A DNA stretch of 64,000 nt from contig JANYFT010000429.1 in the NCBI GenBank assembly GCA_025359625.1, positions 596-64,595 of the forward strand, written 5' to 3'. Source of the stretch: Ferruginibacter sp. Its GTDB lineage: Bacteria > Bacteroidota > Bacteroidia > Chitinophagales > Chitinophagaceae. Shown here in pieces: positions 51,546 to 61,300 of the stretch. Position 1 is the stretch's first letter; each line of letters begins with the position of its first letter. The notes under the pieces were generated by a model. It saw only the letters and a program-made list of their open reading frames with translations, was not told the origin of the DNA and did not search any database. The position numbers and the translations under genes were made by a program.

Positions 51546-51923
51546 ATGAACGTTCCTTCAAACCTCCGTTACACAAAAGACCACGAATGGATTGCTTTAG
51601 AAAATAATGTTGCTACCATTGGCATTACAGATTTTGCCCAGGGTGAATTAGGTGATATTGTGTATGTGGATATTGCCACAAAAGGAAAAAGCATGGTAGC
51701 CGAAGAAGTATTTGGTACTGTAGAAGCAGTGAAAACTGTAAGCGATCTTTTTTTACCTGTTGCCGGAACAATTATTGAGATCAATCCTTTATTGGAAGCC
51801 CAGCCCGAACTGATTAACAGCGACCCTTACGGCAGCGGTTGGATGATTAAAATGAGCGTTGATAATGTGGGCGATGTAGCGGCATTATTGAGTGCAGAAA
51901 ATTACACTGCTTTAGTAGGATAA
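51546..51923 (+). CDS. gcvH: Glycine cleavage system protein H
   Basis: It has 'YTKDHEWI', 'GITDFAQGELGDIVYV' and the lipoyl-lysine motif 'VEAVKTVSD'. Confidence 0.95.
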   Translation: MNVPSNLRYTKDHEWIALENNVATIGITDFAQGELGDIVYVDIATKGKSMVAEEVFGTVEAVKTVSDLFLPVAGTIIEINPLLEAQPELINSDPYGSGWMIKMSVDNVGDVAALLSAENYTALVG

Positions 51924-51989
51924 ATTATTATAAATCCCTGTTATTTTTCATTGAGCCTGAAATGATGGCATCTACAATTTTTCGTAGTA

Positions 51990-52403
51990 ATGCAACCAGC
52001 AAAAGAAGTTTCTTTTAAAAAATTTATACCTGCTATTATTTGGTTATTGGTGGTATTGATCCTTATCATGATACCAGGTAAACAATTACCTGAATCAGAA
52101 TTTTTATTTGAAATAGACTTCGACAAGTTTGTTCATGTGGGCATATTTGGATTGTTGGCTGTTTTATTTAGCTGGCCATTTTATAAAACTACAATCCCTA
52201 AAAATAAAAAAATCCTGTACTTTATTATTATTGCTGTATTAACCAGTGCATTTGGTTACTCTACTGAACTAATGCAAAAATATTGGGCACAGGGAAGAAG
52301 CTACAGTGTAATGGATTGGCTGGCAGATACCGGCGGAGCATTGGGGGCATTCATTTTTTGCAGGATATTTTTTACCCGTAGGGGAACTGATACGACGAAA
52401 TAA
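51990..52403 (+). CDS. VanZ-like family membrane protein
   Basis: 137 aa with four hydrophobic helices, 'DKFVHVGIFGLL' and 'DWLADTGGALGAF'. Confidence 0.7.
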   Translation: MQPAKEVSFKKFIPAIIWLLVVLILIMIPGKQLPESEFLFEIDFDKFVHVGIFGLLAVLFSWPFYKTTIPKNKKILYFIIIAVLTSAFGYSTELMQKYWAQGRSYSVMDWLADTGGALGAFIFCRIFFTRRGTDTTK

Positions 52404-52409
52404 TACACC

Positions 52410-52497
52410 AGCAAATTTTAACAGCGCACCAAATAGCTGAAAAAGTAAAAGAGGGCGATGCAACGATTTACCACATGGCTGCTTCTTTGCCCGGACA
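52410..52497. repeat. Copy A of a repeated intergenic element of about 85-90 nt
   Basis: By hand alignment to 58197..58281, 63 of 71 ungapped positions are identical (52410-52480 vs 58197-58267). After a 3-nt indel both copies share GCCCGGACA. The two copies have the same orientation. Confidence 0.85.
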
Positions 52498-52584
52498 AAA
52501 ACCTACAAATGCCCCTTTTTATTTGTGATAAGAAAAACATTCCTTTAATTGCTGCTTGAAGCAGTTTTTAGTACATTTGCCTAT

Positions 52585-53358
52585 ATGATGAACGTAGAAA
52601 ACATGGAATACAACACCACCCGTAGTTATTTAACTATGAGGGAGTATGGACGCCATATACAAAAAATGGTAGATTATTTGTTGACCATTGAGGACAAAGA
52701 AAAGCGGCAGCGTAATGCTATGAGCCTTATAGAACTGATGGGATTTTTAAATCCGCATTTAAAAAATGTGGAGGATTTTCGCCATAAATTATGGGATCAT
52801 TTATTTTTGATCAGTGATTTTAAATTAGATGTGGATAGCCCTTACCCGATACCTACCAGGGAAACTTTAAAAGCAAAGCCGGAGCCATTGCCTTATCCGA
52901 AAAGGTACCCCAAATTTAATCACCTCGGTAAAAATATTGAAGTAGTTATTAACAAGGCATTGAAAGAAGAAAACCCTGAAAAGCGCCAGGGATTTGCCAA
53001 TGCCATTGCCTACTACATGAAGCTTACTTACAGCAACTGGCATAAAGAACTGGTGCATGATGACAATATACAAACAGAGCTGCAAAGCATGACTGACGGG
53101 CAGTTGGAATTCAACAACCGGCCATTTGTAAAACACAGGGTGGATACCAGAACTGATGATTATCCTGCACGTGGTGCCAACAATGGTTACCGTAAAAATT
53201 TTAGTGCCAGAAATAATAACACCAATGCCGGCAGGGATAACAGGGGTGGAAATAGCGGCAACGCAGGTCGTGATAACAGAACCGGCAGTGGTGGAAATAA
53301 CAGGCCCGGGGGCGATAACAGGAACAATAACAATCGAAATTTTAAAAAGCGATTTTAG
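52585..53358 (+). CDS. DUF4290 domain protein with an N/G/R-rich disordered tail
   Basis: 'MEYNTTRSYLTMREYGRHIQKMVDY' matches the DUF4290 N-terminus. The tail reads 'NAGRDNRGGNSGNAGRDNRTGSGGNNRPGGDNRNNNNRNFKKRF'. The start is ATG 52585 or 52603. Confidence 0.8.
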   Translation: MMNVENMEYNTTRSYLTMREYGRHIQKMVDYLLTIEDKEKRQRNAMSLIELMGFLNPHLKNVEDFRHKLWDHLFLISDFKLDVDSPYPIPTRETLKAKPEPLPYPKRYPKFNHLGKNIEVVINKALKEENPEKRQGFANAIAYYMKLTYSNWHKELVHDDNIQTELQSMTDGQLEFNNRPFVKHRVDTRTDDYPARGANNGYRKNFSARNNNTNAGRDNRGGNSGNAGRDNRTGSGGNNRPGGDNRNNNNRNFKKRF

Positions 53359-53389
53359 AAATTATCTTATAATAAGTAAAAAAAATATC

Positions 53390-53422
53390 CCCCTGGTTCA
53401 ATAATTGAATCAGGGTTTTTTA
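53390..53422 (+). terminator. Rho-independent terminator
   Basis: CCCTGGTTCAA-taa-TTGAATCAGGG followed by TTTTTTATTT. Confidence 0.8.
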
Positions 53423-53480
53423 TTTAAAATTGTTACTTTCATTTTCTATAATTTATCATTTTTATCATAGCAACTATTTT

Positions 53481-54785
53481 ATGAGTTCATTTGAAGTAAG
53501 AGGAGGCAAAAAACTCTCCGGAGAAATAACACCACAGGGTGCAAAAAACGAAGCATTGCAAATTATTTCGGCTGTATTGCTTACGGCTGAAAAAGTTACT
53601 ATCACTAATATACCCGACATTATTGATGTAAACCTGTTAATAGAATTACTGGGTGAAATGAAGGTAAAAACTAATAGGGTGAGCAGGGATACCTGTATTT
53701 TTCAGGCAGATGATGTAGATGTGGATTATTTGAACAGCACTGATTTTCACAAAAAAAGCGGCAAGCTGAGGGGCTCTGTAATGCTGGCCGGGCCTATGCT
53801 GGCACGTTTTAAAAAAGCCTATATACCAAAACCTGGTGGCGATAAAATTGGCAGAAGAAGATTGGATACGCATATTATTGGTTTTGAAAAACTGGGTGCT
53901 GGTTTTCAATACAACCCTGATGGATTTTTTTATTTGGCAGCCAATGAATTAAAGGGTGTCAACATAGTATTGGATGAACCCAGCGTTACTGGCACCGCCA
54001 ATATATTAATGGCAGCCGTGATGGCAAAAGGCGTTACCACTATTTACAATGCCGCCTGCGAACCCTACCTGCAGCAATTGTGCAAGATGCTCATCCGCAT
54101 GGGCGCAAAAATAACTGGCGTGGCAAGCAATATGCTTACCATTGAAGGGGTTGATAGTTTAGGTGGTACCGAACACCGCATGTTACCCGATATGATTGAA
54201 GTAGGCAGTTTTATTGGCCTGGCCGCTATGACGCAGGGTGATATCACTATTAAAAATGTTGGACTTCAGCATTTGGGTGTTATACCGGAGAGGTTTCAAC
54301 AGTTAGGCATACAAATGGAATTTATTGGTGATGATATCCACATCCCTTCGCAGTATTTATATGAGATTCAAAAATACATGGATGGCGGTGTATTGACCAT
54401 CTATGATCATCCCTGGCCGGGCTTTACACCGGATTTGTTAAGCATTTTTTTGGTAACAGCTACACAGGCAAAGGGCAGTGTACTTATTCATCAAAAAATG
54501 TTTGAGAGCCGCTTATTTTTTGTAGATAAATTAATTGATATGGGTGCACAGATTATTTTGTGCGATCCCCATCGTGCCGTTGTGGTTGGGTTAGAAAGGC
54601 AGCAACAATTACGGGGCATCACTATGAGCAGTCCGGATATAAGGGCCGGCGTAGCTTTGCTGATAGCCGCATTAAGCGCACAGGGAAAAAGTGTGATACA
54701 GAATATTGATCAGATTGACAGGGGCTATCAAAATATTGATGCAAGGCTACAGGCATTGGGGGCGGATATTACGAGGGTTAACTGA
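53481..54785 (+). CDS. murA: UDP-N-acetylglucosamine 1-carboxyvinyltransferase
   Basis: It has 'FEVRGGKKLSGEI...GAKNEALQI', 'LRGSVMLAGPMLARF' and 'PGGDKIGRRRLDTHI'. ATG at 53481. Confidence 0.97.
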   Translation: MSSFEVRGGKKLSGEITPQGAKNEALQIISAVLLTAEKVTITNIPDIIDVNLLIELLGEMKVKTNRVSRDTCIFQADDVDVDYLNSTDFHKKSGKLRGSVMLAGPMLARFKKAYIPKPGGDKIGRRRLDTHIIGFEKLGAGFQYNPDGFFYLAANELKGVNIVLDEPSVTGTANILMAAVMAKGVTTIYNAACEPYLQQLCKMLIRMGAKITGVASNMLTIEGVDSLGGTEHRMLPDMIEVGSFIGLAAMTQGDITIKNVGLQHLGVIPERFQQLGIQMEFIGDDIHIPSQYLYEIQKYMDGGVLTIYDHPWPGFTPDLLSIFLVTATQAKGSVLIHQKMFESRLFFVDKLIDMGAQIILCDPHRAVVVGLERQQQLRGITMSSPDIRAGVALLIAALSAQGKSVIQNIDQIDRGYQNIDARLQALGADITRVN

Positions 54786-54949
54786 TTGTTGCCTTGTTGA
54801 ATTATTTTATTGCTCAATTGGTTTGAGCTAATTTTAATTATTGAATAAGCTTTTGTAAATAGATGTTCGCTAACAATATAACTATATAACAATAAAACCA
54901 TCCAACAACTTAGCCCTTAACAATTCCTTTTTCTTTCTTTTCTTTGCAA

Positions 54950-55522
54950 ATGGCTATCCCCAACAAAATTATTATCATTACCGCCCCATCGGGTGCAGGT
55001 AAAACATCTATTACACGGCATTTAATGCGCACTTTTCCGCAATTGGCTTTTTCAATTTCAGCTGCTACCCGGCTGGCCAGAGGTGTAGAAAAAACTGGCG
55101 TAGATTACCATTTTATAAGCATGGATGATTTTAAACAAAAGATTCAGCACAACGAATTTATTGAATGGGAAATGGTGTACGAAGGAAAATATTACGGCAC
55201 TTTAAAAAGTGAATTACAGCGGATATGGGATGAAGGAAGAATACCTATTTTAGATATTGATGTAAAAGGTGCCATACATGTAAAGCAACAATATCCTGCA
55301 TCGTCCATCAGCCTTTTTATTGAGCCTCCATCAGTGGCAGAATTAAAAAACCGCCTGGAAGGCCGTGGCACAGAAACGCCGGAATCGTTGGCCGCCAGGA
55401 TAAACAAAGCCGCTTATGAAATTTCTTTTAAAGATCAGTTTGATAAACTCATCATCAATGATAACCTTGACAATGCCTGTGGCAAAGCCGAAAGCATTAT
55501 AAAAACTTTCATTGTCAGCTAA
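54950..55522 (+). CDS. gmk: Guanylate kinase
   Basis: P-loop 'APSGAGKTS', 'GVDYHF', 'EWEMVYEGKYYGT' and 'LEGRGTE'. Confidence 0.95.
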   Translation: MAIPNKIIIITAPSGAGKTSITRHLMRTFPQLAFSISAATRLARGVEKTGVDYHFISMDDFKQKIQHNEFIEWEMVYEGKYYGTLKSELQRIWDEGRIPILDIDVKGAIHVKQQYPASSISLFIEPPSVAELKNRLEGRGTETPESLAARINKAAYEISFKDQFDKLIINDNLDNACGKAESIIKTFIVS

Positions 55523-55567
55523 ATTGATTTCGCTCTATAAATCAATGTTTGTTACTATTTTTACTGC

Positions 55568-56854
55568 ATGGATTGGATAGCACTTTTTGCGATTATAATT
55601 TCTTTACTCCTGATTGGTTTTTTTTCGGGTATAGAGATTGCTTTTGTATCTGCCAATAAGCTTTCAATGGAATTAAGAAAAAAGCAAGGTACTTACAGCG
55701 GAAGGGTTTGGGGTGAATACGCTGATAAACCTGCCAAATTTATTGGTACTACTTTAGTTGGCGTAAACGTAGTATTGGTAGTGTATGGCTTATTAGTGGG
55801 TCAATTTTTATATCCCTTGTGGCATTATATTGAATTGAAATTACCTGCATCACTTGCGGATTACGTTAAGTATATCAAATTATTAGTGGAGACAATTTTA
55901 TCTACCCTCATTGTGCTTATACTTGAGTTTGTTTTTAAAGCTTTTTTCAGGGCTACCAACGAAAGCGTTTTGAGCAGTGGCTTTATTACTTATATTGTTC
56001 AGTTTTTTTATGCAGCCTTCTCTGCCACTTCCTCTTTTTTTGTAAACATTGCTGAGTGGATACTGAAGTATATTTTTAATGTTAGGCTCAATGAAAAAAA
56101 AGATGTGTTCACCAAAATTGATCTGGAGCATTTTATTCTGCAAAGTAAAAACCATGATGAAGAAGATACCCGTGAAATAAATAAGGAATTATTTGAAAAT
56201 GCTTTATCCCTTAGCGAAAAAAAAATAAGGGAATGCCTGATACCCCGTAAAGAAATAGAAGGGGTAGATATTAGTACTAACATTGAAGAAGTAAAAAATA
56301 TTTTCATCCATACACAGTTAAGCAAGTTGGTGGTTTATGAAGAAAATATTGACAATATATTGGGCTACCTGCATCAGCTGGATATGTTTAAAAATCCGGC
56401 AGATATACGGTCTATATTGTTGCCCATACCTGCCATACCCGAAAGTATGAGTGCTACGGACCTGATGAATAAATTTAGTAAAGAAAGAAAAAGTATTGCC
56501 TGGGTAGTGGATGAATTTGGTGGCACTGCAGGCATTGTAACGATGGAAGATTTACTGGAAGAAATTTTTGGCGACATCCGTGATGAACATGACACAGAAG
56601 AGTTTGTAGAAAAGCAATTAGCCACCAACGAATTTATTTTTAGCGGAAGACTGGAACTTGATTTTATTACAGAGAAATATGATCTTGAATTTCCTGACAG
56701 TGAGGGAACAGAAACCCTGAGTGGTTTTATTATTCAGAACCGGGATGAAATTCCCAAACAAAAAGAAACCTTCACCGTTGGTAATTACCAGTTTGATATT
56801 TTAAATGTAAGCGACACCAGGATTGAAACGGTGAAGTTGAGGGTGCTAAAATAA
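55568..56854 (+). CDS. CNNM/HlyC-family protein (DUF21 - CBS pair - CorC_HlyC); GldE-like
   Basis: N-terminal DUF21 helices ('FFSGIEIAFVSANK'), a central CBS pair, 'VVDEFGGTAGIVTMEDLLEEIFGDI' and a C-terminal CorC/HlyC domain. Confidence 0.85.
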   Translation: MDWIALFAIIISLLLIGFFSGIEIAFVSANKLSMELRKKQGTYSGRVWGEYADKPAKFIGTTLVGVNVVLVVYGLLVGQFLYPLWHYIELKLPASLADYVKYIKLLVETILSTLIVLILEFVFKAFFRATNESVLSSGFITYIVQFFYAAFSATSSFFVNIAEWILKYIFNVRLNEKKDVFTKIDLEHFILQSKNHDEEDTREINKELFENALSLSEKKIRECLIPRKEIEGVDISTNIEEVKNIFIHTQLSKLVVYEENIDNILGYLHQLDMFKNPADIRSILLPIPAIPESMSATDLMNKFSKERKSIAWVVDEFGGTAGIVTMEDLLEEIFGDIRDEHDTEEFVEKQLATNEFIFSGRLELDFITEKYDLEFPDSEGTETLSGFIIQNRDEIPKQKETFTVGNYQFDILNVSDTRIETVKLRVLK

Positions 56855-56916
56855 AATATGTGTTTAGAGTGATACCCGTAATACATAATCTAAAACTAAT
56901 AAACTTAATTAATTTT

Positions 56917-57294
56917 ATGCTGCCTAAAAAAGAGTTTAATATCTATCCTAAGACACAAGAAAATTTAAATGCTTTACTTTTATTTTATTTTGAGAAATAT
57001 GACTTGACATTTGAAAATACAATTGAAGACTTAATAAATAAGACTTCTTTGTCCCTTAACCAAATAGAGTTCATTATCAGAAAATTGTCTGAATCATATC
57101 ACACTTTGTTTAAAGATTTTTTAAAAAATTCTAAAGCAACATCAAATAACCTAATTAACTATGGTATAGAGGCGTTGACGATAGATGAAACAGAATGGTG
57201 TGGAAGCAAAGCCAGACTTGCAAAAACTAAGGACTTTTTAGAGTATGTAAAAAAAACGGAGAAGGATTATAATTTTTGGGGGAAGTACAATTAG
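56917..57294 (+). CDS. Hypothetical protein (orphan, AT-rich island)
   Basis: The longest ORF in a very AT-rich stretch, with no recognisable motif. ATG at 56917 is preferred over GTG at 56860. Confidence 0.35.
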   Translation: MLPKKEFNIYPKTQENLNALLLFYFEKYDLTFENTIEDLINKTSLSLNQIEFIIRKLSESYHTLFKDFLKNSKATSNNLINYGIEALTIDETEWCGSKARLAKTKDFLEYVKKTEKDYNFWGKYN

Positions 57295-57370
57295 ACTCTA
57301 TCATGTTCAAATCTTAAATACGATATTGGGAATATAAAATTAATGAGTCAGTTTAAAAGTTATCGTTATT

Positions 57371-57787
57371 ATGGACATATTACAAATGGAGCTTGGGGCT
57401 TTGATTAATCTTTGGGAATGCTCAGACCACAATTTGATTTTAAAGAAAGGGATAGAAATTGAATTACAGAAACGTATTCATAGAAATTCTAAATTTTGTC
57501 GGGAGTATTTTTTTCTGAATTGCAAACTACAAAATCACTCAATGAATGTTTCGTTTATTCCTTCGTCAGAAGCATATAAAAACTTTGGTCCAAATTTGAC
57601 AATGGATATTATTCTTAGCGAAGAAGAAATGCAAGAACAATTTAATAACTATCGTGCAATTCCTCCTATACAAACTACTGGCTTTATTCGAGCTAAAATT
57701 ATAATAAAGGATAATTTTAGTGCCGTACAAATAAATATGGCTGCAGATTCTGGATTTCACACACGTGATGTATTTGAGACCTTTTAA
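57371..57787 (+). CDS. Hypothetical protein (orphan, AT-rich island)
   Basis: 138-aa ORF with ATG start and no recognisable motif. Confidence 0.4.
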   Translation: MDILQMELGALINLWECSDHNLILKKGIEIELQKRIHRNSKFCREYFFLNCKLQNHSMNVSFIPSSEAYKNFGPNLTMDIILSEEEMQEQFNNYRAIPPIQTTGFIRAKIIIKDNFSAVQINMAADSGFHTRDVFETF

Positions 57788-57939
57788 TATTTGGAACAAA
57801 ATCTTATTACCCAGTTTTAATTGATTTCAAGGGAGCAGCAACCATAAATTTCAAACCCTCACAAATGCAGAACTTGGCGAATAACACAAATACATAAAGT
57901 ATTCCACTTTATTGATTAAAATATTTTAAACCCTAAATC

Positions 57940-58104
57940 ATGGGACTGATAAAAGAACCAAAAGGTGTCGATTTTATAATTCAATCTACTCCATGGACAA
58001 AAGCTGAATTAACGGAGTGAAGTGCAATCATTCAAAAAACAAAGGAAGCTAATAAACGCAAAAGGAAAATAAGAACTAATTCAAAAAAGAAGCATTTTGC
58101 ATAA
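57940..58104 (+). pseudogene. Small ORF interrupted by one in-frame TGA
   Basis: The ATG at 57940 reads 'MGLIKEPKGVDFIIQSTPWTKAELTE', then TGA at 58018-58020. The same frame stays open as 'SAIIQKTKEANKRKRKIRTNSKKKHFA*'. Confidence 0.4.
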
Positions 58105-58196
58105 CAGATATTGAAGAATGATCTTCTCTCAGTTTAAAAAGAAATCTCCTTGTAATATATTGCAAAAAGTAGATCACTACAAATAACCAACACAGT

Positions 58197-58281
58197 AGCA
58201 AATTTAAACAGCGTACCAAAAAGCTGAAAAAGTACAAGAAATCGATGCAACGATTTACCACATAGCTTTATAGCCCGGACA
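58197..58281. repeat. Copy B of the repeated intergenic element
   Basis: See copy A (52410..52497). The offset between copies is 5787 nt. Confidence 0.85.
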
Positions 58282-58360
58282 ATAATATTTTTCCTAATTT
58301 CTGATATCAGATTTTTTGATTTGTGAAATTATAATCCGAAAAAAATCAGGCATCAGGCTT

Positions 58361-61300
58361 CTATTGATTTGGTTTTTCTACCTTACCAACTACGCCCATT
58401 TTTCTCAGCAATTTCCTATTTTCTCTTTTGTGTATCAGTTTAAATACCAAGGCATATATTACCGGCAAAATTAACAGCGTTAGTATGGTGGAGGTTATTA
58501 ACCCTCCAATAACTACTACGGCTAATGGCTTTTGTGTTTCACTCCCAATACCGGTGGATATGGCTGCCGGCATTAAGCCAATCATGGCCATTAGTGCCGT
58601 CATTACCACCGGCCTTACCCTTGACCTTACACCTTCTTTTATTGCTTCATCAAGGTTCATTTTTGCTGCCAGGTTTTTTCTGAATACGCTGATGAGGATT
58701 ACCCCGTTTTGGATACATACCCCAAACAAGGCAATAAAGCCAATACCTGCGCTGATACTGAAATTAATGCCTGTTATGTGCAGTGCCAATATGCCACCTA
58801 TCAAGGCAAAGGGCACATTCATGATGGTTAAAAAAGCATCTTTTACATTGCCGTATGTAACGAACAAAATTAAAAATATTACCAGCAGGCAAAGGGGTAC
58901 CACTCTTGCTAAAGTGGCAGAGGCTCTTTGCTGGTTTTCAAACTCTCCGTTCCAGCTCATTTTATAGCCTTGTTGCAAATGCACTACCTCATTTACTTTC
59001 TTTTGAGCTTCTTCAATGGTGCTCCCTAAATCTCTTCCCCGTACAGAGAATTTTACTGCAATATGACGCATATTATTATCCCTAAAAATAAAGGCAGGGC
59101 CAGTTAAAGTACGTATGGCAGAGATTTCCTTTAGCGGAATTTTTGAACCATCACTGGCAGGTATCATCAGGTTTTCAATTGTTTCCTGCGATGCCCTGAA
59201 CACCTGCTGATAACGTATCCTTACATCAAATTTTCTTTCGCCTTCGTACAACTGGGTAGCTTCTTTACCGCCAATGGCCATCTCAATTACCGCATTGGCA
59301 TCAGCAGTATTGATTCCATAAAATGCCATTTTTTGCTGATCCAGTTCAATGCGAAATTCCGGCTGTCCGAGATTTCTTAATACGCCCAGGTCATCTATCC
59401 CTTTTACTTTTTTTAATACGTCCATCACCTGGTTGGCAGTACTATCCAGCACTAAAAAATCAGGGCCAAATATTTTTACCGCCAGTGCAGCATTAACGCC
59501 TGCTACTGCTTCTTCTACATTATCCCTGATGGGTTGCGAATAGTTAAAAACAATGCCTGGAAATTTGCGTAACTGAACATCCATTTCATCAATCAGCTGG
59601 TCTTCAGTTATCTTTCTTTTCCAGTTTTTTTGAGGTATCAAATCTACCTGAATCTGCACATTAAAAAATCCTTTGGGATCAGTGCCATCATTGGTACGGC
59701 CTACCTGTGATAAGGTTTGCTTTACTTCGGGGAACTTCTGCAAAATGTCTACCATTTTATTGCTTACCAAATTGGCTTCGGTTAAAGAAACACTCATGGG
59801 TAATTCTGCCTCTACCCATAAAGCCCCTTCATTTAAATCAGGCAAAAATTCTGTACCTAAAAATTTGGCAGAGAAAAAAGTAAGTATCATTACTGCCAAA
59901 GCAATAAGCACACTTAACTTTTGATTGCGGTAAACAACTGCCAACCACCTGCCTACCCCCTTCTCAAAAAATATGACTATCGGGTTATGTTTTTCCTTTA
60001 CATTCTTTCGCAGTAAAATACTTGACAAAGCAGGTACAAGAGTAAGTGTAAATAATAATGCACCCACCAATGCAAAGCCCAATGTATAAGCCAGAGGTGA
60101 AAACATTTTACCTTCTACTTTTTGAAAAGCAAATATGGGTATCAGGCAGGTGATGATGATGAGCTTGGAAAAGAAAATGGATTTACCCATTTCTGTACCT
60201 GTTGTTTTAAACAAGCCCAGTTTTGCCAGCTTATTAAATTTATCCATGCCCACTTCACGGGCTTTATGATCCATGGCAACAAACAATCCTTCTACCATTA
60301 CCACCGCTCCATCTATGATGATACCAAAATCAATAGCACCCATTGAAAGCAAATTGGCACTCATGCCTTTTATGCGCATGCAAATAAATGCAAATAATAA
60401 CGAGAGTGGGATAATAATACTAACGGTGACAGTAGTTCGCCAATCGGCCATAAATAATAGCACGATCAGTGTAACCAATATTATACCTTCAATCAAATTA
60501 TGGATCACTGTTTCCTGGGCAAAGTCCATCAGGTTGGTACGGTCGTAGAAGGTATTGATTTTTACATCCTTCGGTAATATATTTTCATTGAGTTCTTTTA
60601 TTTTTTCCCGGATGGCATCCAACACCTGGCTGGGATTTTCTCCTTTTCGCATTACGATGATACCTTCAATAACATCTTTTTGCTTGCCATTCTTATCTGC
60701 CCTTTCCACCTGGCCCAGCCTTGGTTTGCCGGCTTCTACTACATTCGCCACATTTCTTATCAATAAAGGAACACCCTTTGTTTTGGTGATGATGATGTTT
60801 TGAATTTCCTCTATATTATTCAGCAATCCAATACCCCTTACCAGGTAAGATTGCCCATTTTTTTCAATTACATCTCCGCCAACATTGATATTGCTTTTTG
60901 CAATAGCGTTGTACACATCAAGCGATGTAAGGTTGTACTTCAACAACAAATCCGGATTAACACTTACTTCAAAAGTTTTTTCTTCTCCACCAAAACTATT
61001 TACATCTGCCACGCCAGGCACACTTTTAAACTGCCTGTCAAGCACCCAGTTTTGAACAGTAGTTAAATCACGTATAGACCTTGTAGCACTACTTAAAGTG
61101 TATCGATAAATTTCACCGGTGGGGCCGTAAGGTGGCTGCACGTCAGGCTTTACACCATCTGGTAAATCTGCACCACTTAAGCGGCTCATTACCTGTTGCC
61201 TGGCAAAAGCATCATCCACATCATCATCAAAAATGATCCGTATGTATGATAAGCCAAAGGCAGAAGTAGTACGCAGGTTTGATTTTTTTTGCACAGAGTT

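Noticed and set aside
52269-52463. 64-aa minus-strand ORF.
   Set aside because: Only its first 18 or so codons fall in repeat copy A. The rest is antisense to vanZ and is not shared with copy B. It is treated within the repeat finding rather than as a gene.
58428-58967. 179-aa plus-strand ORF, and several other plus-strand ORFs between 59.3 and 61.4 kb.
   Set aside because: All are antisense shadows inside the 1055-aa RND permease gene.
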